From positions 4,012-68,011 of the forward strand of contig CAZHCK010000001.1 in the NCBI GenBank assembly GCA_964530915.1: 64,000 nucleotides of DNA, read 5' to 3'. Positions 1 through 8,032 of this stretch are shown here, piece by piece. The notes below the pieces were generated by a model. That model did no database searches, had not been told where the DNA came from, and worked only from the letters and a program-made list of their open reading frames with translations. The translations under genes and the position numbers were made by a program. This DNA comes from an uncultured Cloacibacterium sp. (GTDB lineage Bacteria; Bacteroidota; Bacteroidia; Flavobacteriales; Weeksellaceae). The stretch's first letter is position 1. Each line of letters opens with the position of its first letter.

Positions 1-1
1 T

Positions 2-742
2 GGCGATTACGGAAAAGGTGAATTTGGCAATAAAAAACACGAACATACTTTCCTAGATTTGGTGAAAGAACTCAATAAAGTAGATGGAATCGAAAGAATT
101 AGAATTTCTTCTATTGAACCGAATTTACTGAAAGACGAAACCATAGATTTGGTAGCAGAAAGCAAGAGTTTTGTGCCGCATTTCCATATTCCACTACAAA
201 GTGGAAGCGATGATTTGCTCAAAAAAATGAAGCGAAGATACCTTACCAAATTGTACAGCGACAGAGTTTCTAAAATTAGAGAAGTAATGCCCGATGCTGC
301 AATTGGCGTAGATGTAATTGTAGGATTTCCGGGAGAAACCGAAGAGAAATTTTTAGAAACCTACAACTTTATCAACGAACTGCCGATTACGTATTTACAC
401 GTTTTCACGTATTCTGAAAGAGAAAACACAGAAGCCGTAGAAATGGAAGGTGTAGTGCCGATTGCGGAACGTAAAAAACGTAACAAAATGCTCAGAATTC
501 TTTCGGAGAAAAAGAAAATGGCATTTTACCAAAGACAGCTGGGAAAAACCTTACCTGTACTTTGGGAACACGAAGAAAAAGACGGAAAAATGTTTGGCTT
601 CACCGAAAATTATGTGCGCGTACAGAAACCTTTTGACGCGAGTTCTATCAACCAAATAGAAATGGTAAAACTGGATAAAATTCAACCAGACGGAACCGTT
701 TCTATCTCTCCTATTTTTGAGGAGTTTCTAGCGAAGGTTTAG
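2..742 (+). CDS. mtaB: tRNA N6-threonylcarbamoyladenosine methylthiotransferase MtaB, C-terminal part (5' truncated by window edge)
   Basis: Frame is open from position 2 (GDYGKGEFGNKKHEHTFLDLV...). Radical-SAM MTTase motifs RIRISSIEPN, HFHIPLQSGSD, DVIVGFPGET, HVFTYSER. Confidence 0.9.
   Translation, partial: GDYGKGEFGNKKHEHTFLDLVKELNKVDGIERIRISSIEPNLLKDETIDLVAESKSFVPHFHIPLQSGSDDLLKKMKRRYLTKLYSDRVSKIREVMPDAAIGVDVIVGFPGETEEKFLETYNFINELPITYLHVFTYSERENTEAVEMEGVVPIAERKKRNKMLRILSEKKKMAFYQRQLGKTLPVLWEHEEKDGKMFGFTENYVRVQKPFDASSINQIEMVKLDKIQPDGTVSISPIFEEFLAKV
704..742 (+). repeat. Copy 1 of duplicated mtaB 3' end (ISPIFEEFLAKV*)
   Basis: atctctcctatttttgaggagtttctagcgaaggtttag; matches 1557-1595 codon for codon. 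Confidence 0.85.
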
Positions 743-820
743 GGAAAATTTTCAAAAAATCAAAAAAGGCATGATTTTTTCATTTTTTATTTTAAATTTG
801 TATCAAATAACCATCTCATT

Positions 821-970
821 ATGATAACCAAAGTTCAATCAAAAGGAGAAAAGCTCAACTGGAAACCTTTAAAAACGGTAACCCCAGTTAGAATTTCTGC
901 TAAAAATTTAAAGGGAAACAAAGTTGCTGTTTCTAGCAATTCTTCTAATAAAAGAGTTGTTATTTCATAA
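821..970 (+). CDS. Small basic hypothetical protein, 49 aa (MITKVQSKGEKLNWKPLKTVTPVRISAKNLKGNKVAVSSNSSNKRVVIS)
   Basis: Below the ORF-track cutoff. TAAATTTG (-7 element) at 793-800; ATG in typical context; stop 22 nt before the next ATG. Confidence 0.6.
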   Translation: MITKVQSKGEKLNWKPLKTVTPVRISAKNLKGNKVAVSSNSSNKRVVIS

Positions 971-992
971 ACATTTCTATCATTGTATAGCA

Positions 993-1550
993 ATGTTATA
1001 TCCGCTTAAGTTTATTCAAAAAGATATATGTAAAGATGGTTCAGACCATCTTTTTACGTACATATACAAATTTACACTCACAGAAACCCATCTGCATTAC
1101 ATTATAAGAGCAGAATACCATACCGAAAATGTTTTTGCTGTGAAATTCTATTCCAAAAAAGATAGAAAAAGTCTGTATAAGTACAATAAAATCATTAATA
1201 AAAACACTTATACTTCGGTAATTAATATTTTAGAAACTTGCACGTCTTTAATCCCTATTTTACTAGAAAAACATCCCAATTGTAGCTTTGCGCTATCTTC
1301 TGCAAGAAGTATTGATTTCAGCAATCCTAAAAAACTAACGGAACATCTAGAAGAAAACCAAAGATTTAGAATTTATTCTCGTTTTATACAAGACAGAATA
1401 GGAACTTCTACTTTTACTCATTTAGAATATCCTACCATCAGTTCTTATTTATTGATTAACAATGCCGAACAAGATATTGATAAAAAGGAAAAAAGAATTT
1501 TAGAAATGTTTGAAAGAACTTATCAAACTATTCCTGACATTATTGATTAA
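993..1550 (+). CDS. Hypothetical protein, 185 aa
   Basis: ORF track 924..1550 uses TTG overlapping the upstream ORF. The first ATG at 993 is the more plausible start. Confidence 0.75.
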   Translation: MLYPLKFIQKDICKDGSDHLFTYIYKFTLTETHLHYIIRAEYHTENVFAVKFYSKKDRKSLYKYNKIINKNTYTSVINILETCTSLIPILLEKHPNCSFALSSARSIDFSNPKKLTEHLEENQRFRIYSRFIQDRIGTSTFTHLEYPTISSYLLINNAEQDIDKKEKRILEMFERTYQTIPDIID

Positions 1551-1556
1551 TAATTT

Positions 1557-1595
1557 ATCTCTCCTACTTTCGAAGAGTTTTTGGCAAAAGTTTAG
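1557..1595 (+). repeat. Copy 2 of duplicated mtaB 3' end (ISPTFEEFLAKV*), orphan gene fragment
   Basis: atctctcctactttcgaagagtttttggcaaaagtttag; differs from copy 1 almost only at synonymous positions. Confidence 0.85.
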
Positions 1596-1650
1596 GGAAT
1601 TTTCATTTCCTCTTATCCTAAAGGATGTGAAAATTTTAAATATAAATTCT

Positions 1651-1682
1651 AAAATCGTTGCAGTAATGTGACGATTTTTTTG
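1651..1682 (+). terminator. Rho-independent terminator
   Basis: aaaatcgttgcagtaatgtgacgatttttt hairpin plus U tract. Confidence 0.7.
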
Positions 1683-1716
1683 TGGGTAATTGCAAATAAT
1701 AAAATTATCTGTACAC

Positions 1717-1922
1717 TTTGTCATTCCGTAGGAATCTAGATTCCAATTTTTGCGCAATTCTTTGTAGAGATTGACTCCGTCGAACCACTTCGTTAGGTTT
1801 CCTACGGAAATCGAAGATTCGACGAAGTCAATGACAAACTTTGTGGTAAATGATAAAGTAATGTTCTTAGTGCGATTCCCCTCTTTCAGAGGGGTGGCAT
1901 TCCGAGAATCGGAATGACGGGG
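1717..1922. repeat. Cluster of REP-like palindromes (gtcattccgtaggaatct type and cccctc..gagggg type)
   Basis: tttgtcattccgtaggaatct ... cctacggaa ... aatgacaaa (1717-1829), inner hairpin ttgact.cgtcgaa/ttcgacg.agtcaa, then cccctctttcagagggg and cattccgagaatcggaatg hairpins. Confidence 0.7.
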
Positions 1923-2055
1923 TGTTTAGAAATATTCTGATTATTTCTAAACATTTTATGTTTTTCCGTAATGTAGTGTGGGTTTTATTTTTTATTTTAG
2001 TGGAAAATTATTCCTAATAATATTATACTTTACAAAAAATTAATTATTTACCATT

Positions 2056-3354
2056 ATGGAAACAATTGAAATAAATAATTTTGGTCCAATTGAAAATTTA
2101 AAAATTCGAATAAAAGAAATAAATATTTTTATTGGAAAAACTTCATCTGGAAAAAGTACTGTTGCAAAGTTAATATGTATTTTTAATAGTGAAGAATTTA
2201 TAAGAAATAGTAATGTTAATGTTTTTAAAAAGCTTCTAAAAAATTATAATATTGATTTTGATATTAGTCAAAATACTTTTATTGAATATAGAAAAAACAA
2301 CTACTATTGGAAATTTGAAAAAAATCAATTAATTAACAATTACCCTTACAATGAGATTGTTTCTTTTATAAATCCTGTTTATGAAATTGTAAAAAACAGT
2401 AGTCAAAACAAAAAATTAAGCAAAGCAATGTTTAGTTTACTGCTATTAAATATTGTTGATTTTACATCCTTAAAAAAAATAAACGCGTTACAAAATAAGA
2501 AAACAGCAAAAATATTTGAAATTATCTCCGAAATTGTAGACATCAAAGATGAAATATCGAAAGGAATTTATAATAACTTAGACAAAATTGATGAGTTAAT
2601 TATTTCTTTCTATTCCGTAGTAAAAAATGAAATTGATTTATACACACCAATATATATACCAGCTGAAAGAATAATACTTTCGATGATTGCAGATTCAGTT
2701 TTTGGATTATTAAAAAATGACGTTTCACTTGCTCAATGCATTAAAGATTTTGGATCTCAATTTGAAGTTGCAAGATCAAAGAATAAAAATGTAAATATTG
2801 ACATTTTAAATGCAACCTATAATTATGAAAATAAAACAAATTTTATAACACTAAATGATGGAAAAAAACTCAAATTAGAACAAGCATCAAGTGGTTTTCA
2901 AAGCATAACTCCGTTATATTTAGTTCTAAACAATCTGGTTAGTAAAAATGATGGCGTAACAAAAAATATAGTTGTTGTAGAAGAACCAGAATTAAGCCTA
3001 TATCCAACAATCCAGAAAATGTTATTAGAATTTATTATTGAGAAAGTTAATAATACAAAAAGTAAACTAATAATTACTACACACAGTCCATATATATTAA
3101 CTTCTTTTGACAACTTAATTCAAGCAAATAATACATTTATTATAGATAAAACAAAAAAAGAAAACCTATCAGAAATCATTAATCAAAAGCTGTGGGTAAA
3201 TTTTGATGCTGTTACATCATATTATTTTGATAACAAAACAGCAAATGATACACTAGACTATGAATCTCGCAACATAGGTTCATCAAAAATTGATGATGTT
3301 TCAGAAAAAATTGCAGACGAATTTGAGCAGATTCTTGAATTAAAATATTCCTAA
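2056..3354 (+). CDS. ABC/AAA-type ATPase (AAA_15/AAA_21-like, OLD/AbiEii class)
   Basis: N-terminal INNFGPI, Walker A GKTSSGKST, signature ASSGFQ, Walker B VVEEPE, H-loop TTHSPY. Confidence 0.85.
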   Translation: METIEINNFGPIENLKIRIKEINIFIGKTSSGKSTVAKLICIFNSEEFIRNSNVNVFKKLLKNYNIDFDISQNTFIEYRKNNYYWKFEKNQLINNYPYNEIVSFINPVYEIVKNSSQNKKLSKAMFSLLLLNIVDFTSLKKINALQNKKTAKIFEIISEIVDIKDEISKGIYNNLDKIDELIISFYSVVKNEIDLYTPIYIPAERIILSMIADSVFGLLKNDVSLAQCIKDFGSQFEVARSKNKNVNIDILNATYNYENKTNFITLNDGKKLKLEQASSGFQSITPLYLVLNNLVSKNDGVTKNIVVVEEPELSLYPTIQKMLLEFIIEKVNNTKSKLIITTHSPYILTSFDNLIQANNTFIIDKTKKENLSEIINQKLWVNFDAVTSYYFDNKTANDTLDYESRNIGSSKIDDVSEKIADEFEQILELKYS

Positions 3355-3356
3355 TT

Positions 3357-3830
3357 ATGTGTTGTGAAATGTTGCGTAAAATAATCAAAGATATTAAGCC
3401 TTGCTGCCTTTCTAATTCTAATGTTGCAGAAGAAAATGGAAAAAAAATAACGTTTTCAAAATTCAAACATAACGAAATTTGTCGACTAAAATTAGATAAA
3501 TGTCACATAGATGAAACTAAAAAAAAGTGCGACTACTTATTTTACACTTGCAAAACCAAAGAAATACATTTAGTTGAGTTAAAAGGGACAGATGTTGAAT
3601 ATGGATGTTTACAAATAATAGAATCACATAAAAGAATAGCTATTGACATTAAAGAAAATTTTAATGAAAGCGCAAAAGATTATATTATTGATGATATAAA
3701 ATTTAAAGGTTATATTGTTTCTTCTTCTGTACCAAAATCAACTGAAATTAGATTCAGAAAATTACAAGAAAAAATTTATAGAGAAAAAAAAATTTTTATA
3801 AAAAAATATCATAATTATTGCTGTGTATAA
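3357..3830 (+). CDS. Hypothetical protein with PD-(D/E)xK nuclease-like motif
   Basis: KKCDYLF...IHLVELKG..D...CLQI pattern; starts 2 nt after the ATPase stop. Confidence 0.65.
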   Translation: MCCEMLRKIIKDIKPCCLSNSNVAEENGKKITFSKFKHNEICRLKLDKCHIDETKKKCDYLFYTCKTKEIHLVELKGTDVEYGCLQIIESHKRIAIDIKENFNESAKDYIIDDIKFKGYIVSSSVPKSTEIRFRKLQEKIYREKKIFIKKYHNYCCV

Positions 3831-3906
3831 TTCTTATTGTTTTGCATTTGTATATTTTTAATTTAACCTTCCCCAAAAATTCCCATCAAAGAGCTAAAAC
3901 CAGCTT

Positions 3907-4980
3907 ATGAAAATTTTGAAATTTCTACCTCTTTTAGTGTTACTCCCGTTTTTGAGTTGCAGCAGTAATGAAGATGAACCTACGCCAACTCCCGCAGAAA
4001 CGATGTATTTCCCTAATAATACAGACAACAATTGGGAAACCAAATCTATTGCCAGTCTCGGTTGGAATCAAAGCGCAGTGCAACCGCTTAAAGATTTTTT
4101 GGCAGAAAAACATTCTAAATCTTTTATGATTTTGGTAAACGGTAGAATTGTGATGGAAGAATATTTCAACGGGCATTCTGCTACCGCAACTTGGCCATGG
4201 AACAGCGCTGGAAAAACGTTGGTTTCTACTACCACAGGAATTGCACAACAAGAAGGTTTACTGAACATCAACAATAAAGTTTCTCAATATTTAGGAAACG
4301 GCTGGACTAGCGAACCTCTGGAAAAAGAAAACCTCATCACGCCAAGACATTTACTTACCATGACTTCGGGCTTAAATGACGAAAGCAATTGGGTAATCAA
4401 ATCTAACCTCACGTATTTGGCAGATGCAGGAACGAGATGGTCTTACAGCAATGTTTTTCAGAAATTAATAGATGTAGTTGCCGCTTCTAGCAACCAAACT
4501 TTTGAGAATTATTTTAATGCCAAACTGAAAAATAAAATCGGGATGGATGGTTTCTGGAATTTCGGGACTATTTTCACCATTTATCATAGCAATACCAGAA
4601 GTATGGCGAGATTTGGACTGCTTTTCCTGAACAAAGGAAAATGGAAAAATGAACAAATCATCAATGAAACTTATCTGAACGAAGCCATTTCTACTTCTCA
4701 AGATATCAATCCTTCTTACGGTTATCTTTGGTGGCTCAATGGAAAATCCAAATATATGGTTCCAGGTTCGCAAACGGTTTATCCCACTGCTTTAGTTCCT
4801 AATGCTCCTGCAGATATGTATGCAGCAATGGGCGCTGAAGATCAAAGAATTTACGTAATTCCTAGTAAAAATATGTTGGTCATCAGAATGGGTGATGCTT
4901 CGGATCCACAGAATCCTAATTTCGCATTGTCTGGTTTTGATGCAGCACTTTGGGATAAAATCAATGCGATGATAAAATAG
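3907..4980 (+). CDS. Serine hydrolase (beta-lactamase/AmpC family) lipoprotein
   Basis: Lipobox FLSC, SxxK motif WNSAGKT, LLTMTSG, YSN, YGYLWW. Confidence 0.85.
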   Translation: MKILKFLPLLVLLPFLSCSSNEDEPTPTPAETMYFPNNTDNNWETKSIASLGWNQSAVQPLKDFLAEKHSKSFMILVNGRIVMEEYFNGHSATATWPWNSAGKTLVSTTTGIAQQEGLLNINNKVSQYLGNGWTSEPLEKENLITPRHLLTMTSGLNDESNWVIKSNLTYLADAGTRWSYSNVFQKLIDVVAASSNQTFENYFNAKLKNKIGMDGFWNFGTIFTIYHSNTRSMARFGLLFLNKGKWKNEQIINETYLNEAISTSQDINPSYGYLWWLNGKSKYMVPGSQTVYPTALVPNAPADMYAAMGAEDQRIYVIPSKNMLVIRMGDASDPQNPNFALSGFDAALWDKINAMIK

Positions 4981-5010
4981 ATGCTAGATTCTAGATGTTA
5001 GATACTAGAT
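4974..5010 (+). repeat. 7-bp tandem array (agatNNt) starting at the stop codon
   Basis: tag atgctag attctag atgttag atactag; the inverted counterpart is at 5321-5348. Confidence 0.7.
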
Positions 5011-5018
5011 TTTTCTAA

Positions 5019-5181
5019 TTTAAAACGCAAAGATTTTTAACAAATTTTTCATGCTTTAAGTGAGCAAAGTTGACGAATAAATTCGTTTTTAAGCTTTCGC
5101 TTTTTCAATTCGCTTGCGAATTTTAGCTTTGCTTTCTTATTAAATATTAGTTTTTATTATTCAGAATCTTTGCGTTTTAAA
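5019..5181. repeat. MITE/REP-like multi-palindromic element, copy 1
   Basis: Perfect 17-bp terminal IR tttaaaacgcaaagatt / aatctttgcgttttaaa; internal nested palindromes; homologous to 37844-37995. Confidence 0.8.
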
Positions 5182-5320
5182 AACATTAAGCATTGACGAT
5201 TTTCGCAAAATTACTTCACTCAAAATATTATATAAAAAAATTCAAAATTTACTTTCTTTGAACAGAGGAAAATAAATTTTGAATTTTTGTTTTATGCGAA
5301 CTTTTGAGATTCTCACCTCT

Positions 5321-5348
5321 TATGTCTTGTATCTAGTATCTAGTATCT
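5321..5348 (-). repeat. 7-bp tandem array (agatact) overlapping the DUF1684 stop codon
   Basis: tatgtct tgtatct agtatct agtatct on the + strand. Confidence 0.7.
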
Positions 5349-5991
5349 AATGCTCAAACCAAATATCTTGGTATTTCACACCTGCTTCGATTGGTAATTG
5401 CAACCAGTTATTCTGAGGAACAATTGGGCAACTGTAATCGGTAGCGTTATAAGCACAAAAAGGATGATAAGCTTTATTGAAATCAATAATCAATTCATCA
5501 TTTTGAGGAATTCTTAAGTCCAAATATCTTCCGCCACCATACGTATCTTTACCGTTGGTTTCATCTTTGAAAGGCAAGAACAAATAATCCTGATATTCTG
5601 GGTCATCTAACAAAGCTAAACTTTGATAAACCGTCAAAACTTGTTCTACTCCATTCAGCGTGAAATAGGCTTTCCCGAATTCTCTGTATTTTTTGGTTCT
5701 TCCAGACGAAGTAGGAATTTCAAAAGGAACCGCGTTTTCAGTTTTTACCAATTTCGCTTTTACACGATAGGTTAAATCGATAGGAAAAAACGGATGAGAT
5801 TTGAATTTCTTGAAATTAGAACCACGCAAAGGCGTTTCTTCTTCTGTTTTGTATTCTCGATTGAGTTCTTTTTGGAACGTTTCGATTTCTAAAATTTCTG
5901 CTGGAAATTGTTTTTTGTCGGTTTTATTTTTAAGACCTTGACCAAAGGCAAAACTTGAAACTAGGAGTAAAAGTAGGTAAATCTTCTTCAT
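5347..5991 (-). CDS. DUF1684 family protein
   Basis: Signal peptide; LFLPFKDETNGKDTYGGGRYLD and IDFNKAYHPFCAYN motifs. Confidence 0.85.
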   Translation of the reverse strand: MKKIYLLLLLVSSFAFGQGLKNKTDKKQFPAEILEIETFQKELNREYKTEEETPLRGSNFKKFKSHPFFPIDLTYRVKAKLVKTENAVPFEIPTSSGRTKKYREFGKAYFTLNGVEQVLTVYQSLALLDDPEYQDYLFLPFKDETNGKDTYGGGRYLDLRIPQNDELIIDFNKAYHPFCAYNATDYSCPIVPQNNWLQLPIEAGVKYQDIWFEH

Positions 5992-6381
5992 TTAAATTAA
6001 TTTTATAGTATAAACATCGCTTTCATTTCTATCAATATCGGTAACCAGAAAACCTCCTTCCTGCGGAATCTCTTCTACAAAATCAAAGATTTTACAATCC
6101 TTAGGCAATCCAGAAAAAATTAGGGTAAACCAATATTCTTTCACAGGCGGAACTTCCGTCCAATAAGGAAACATCGAGATATTTTCCCAGAATAAAAGTT
6201 GGCTTCTGTGCCCCGTGAATTTATCCACCAAGAACGTGGTGCGCCAAATTCTTACGAGATTTCCAATCAAATAATTATTCTGAAAACCACAATGCACGAT
6301 AACTTGTTTCTCTTGCTCGAATTTCGTGTCGAGTTGTGAGAGCAATTCTGGAGCAATATTGGGTTTGATAATGGTAGCCAT
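5992..6381 (-). CDS. Conserved hypothetical protein
   Basis: Clean 129-aa ORF abutting the DUF1684 gene in an operon with sdaA. Confidence 0.7.
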   Translation of the reverse strand: MATIIKPNIAPELLSQLDTKFEQEKQVIVHCGFQNNYLIGNLVRIWRTTFLVDKFTGHRSQLLFWENISMFPYWTEVPPVKEYWFTLIFSGLPKDCKIFDFVEEIPQEGGFLVTDIDRNESDVYTIKLI

Positions 6382-6452
6382 TGATAAAAATTCAACGGCA
6401 CAAGTTAAGAATTTTTAGAAAATAAATGGAGGTTATCTTCCTCAAAATTTCA

Positions 6453-7874
6453 TTAACATTCTGCCACGTTCACGGCAACAGCTAAACCACCTTCAGAAGT
6501 TTCTTTGTACTTAGAATTCATGTCAAGAGCGGTTTCCCACATAGATTTAATCACATCATCCAGAGTAACTCTGGCTTTAGAAGGATCACTTTCTAGCGCG
6601 ATGTGACAAGCAGTAATCGCTTTCATCGCGCCCATAGAATTTCTCTCAATACACGGAATCTGAACCAACCCGCCAATTGGGTCGCAAGTCAAACCAAGGT
6701 GATGTTCCATCGCAATTTCTGCCGCCATCATTACTTGAGCTGGAGTTCCGCCCGAAATTTCTGTCAAACCAGCTGCCGCCATCGCCGAAGAAACACCGAT
6801 TTCTGCTTGGCAACCTCCCATCGCTGCAGAAATGGTTGCATTTTTCTTGAAAAGCGTACCGATTTCTCCCGCTACTAAAATAAATCTGATGATATCTTTT
6901 TCTGAGTTGAATTCTGTAAAAGTTTGAGAATACATGAGCACCGCAGGAATTACACCACTCGCTCCGTTAGTTGGCGCCGTGATAATTCTACCAAAACTGG
7001 CATTTTCTTCGTTTACTGCCAATGCAAAACAAGAAATCCAACGGGTAATTTGATTGAAATCTTTTGGAGAATTTTTTACCGCAGCAAACCATTCGTTTAT
7101 ATTTTTGTAAATAACGTCCTCGCCTAATAATTTTCGATTGAAATCTGCAGCTCTTCTCGTTACATTAAGTCCACCCGGTAAAACCCCTTCTTTATTAACA
7201 CCTTTGTAAATGCATTCTTTTATTTGTTGCCAAATGTAAAGCGCTTCACTTCTAGTTTCTTCTTTGGTTCTCCAAGCTTCTTCATTGATGTACACTAAAT
7301 CAGAAAGTCTTGCAACGCCTAATTTTTCACAATATTTGGAAATATCTTCGCCTTTATGACAAGGATAAGGTGTTCTAATACAGTGACTTTCTATAGAATT
7401 ATCTTCTTGCGTCGCTACAAAACCGCCACCTACAGAATAGTAGTCTTTTTCTAAAATTTCGCCGTTATTAAAAACCGCTTTGAAAATCATTCCATTTGGG
7501 TGAAAATCTAAAGATTTTTGCATATTGAGCACCAAATGTTTTCCATAAATAAAAGGAATTTCTTTTTCAGCACCTAAAATCAATTTTCCAGAATTTTTGA
7601 TTTCGGCAATTTTAGCATCTATTTTATCGGTATCTATTTTTTTAAAATTTTCGCCGCTTAAACCGAGCATTCCGGCAATATCTGTTCCGTGACCGATTCC
7701 TGTTTTGGCAAGCGAACCAAAAAACTCTACATACACTTCTGCCACCTCTGAAATCTGGTGATTTCTTCTGATTTCGCTCAGAAACATTTCCGCTGCATTC
7801 CAAGGTCCCATCGTATGAGACGAAGACGGCCCAATTCCTACTTTTATGATTTCAAAAACCGAAATACTCTCCAT
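6453..7874 (-). CDS. sdaA: L-serine ammonia-lyase (Fe-S dependent)
   Basis: [48 protein letters not shown]. Confidence 0.95.
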   Translation of the reverse strand: MESISVFEIIKVGIGPSSSHTMGPWNAAEMFLSEIRRNHQISEVAEVYVEFFGSLAKTGIGHGTDIAGMLGLSGENFKKIDTDKIDAKIAEIKNSGKLILGAEKEIPFIYGKHLVLNMQKSLDFHPNGMIFKAVFNNGEILEKDYYSVGGGFVATQEDNSIESHCIRTPYPCHKGEDISKYCEKLGVARLSDLVYINEEAWRTKEETRSEALYIWQQIKECIYKGVNKEGVLPGGLNVTRRAADFNRKLLGEDVIYKNINEWFAAVKNSPKDFNQITRWISCFALAVNEENASFGRIITAPTNGASGVIPAVLMYSQTFTEFNSEKDIIRFILVAGEIGTLFKKNATISAAMGGCQAEIGVSSAMAAAGLTEISGGTPAQVMMAAEIAMEHHLGLTCDPIGGLVQIPCIERNSMGAMKAITACHIALESDPSKARVTLDDVIKSMWETALDMNSKYKETSEGGLAVAVNVAEC

Positions 7875-8032
7875 ATTGATTATTGATAAATGATTTTTAC
7901 AAAGATAAAATTATTAGGCAAACCATAAAAAATTATTCATCCTTAAAATTTTGAAAATACACCTCCAAATTTTGTAACAGATAAGACACTTATTCTCAAT
8001 TAATTTGCTCTTAAAAAAACAACTCATTTCCT

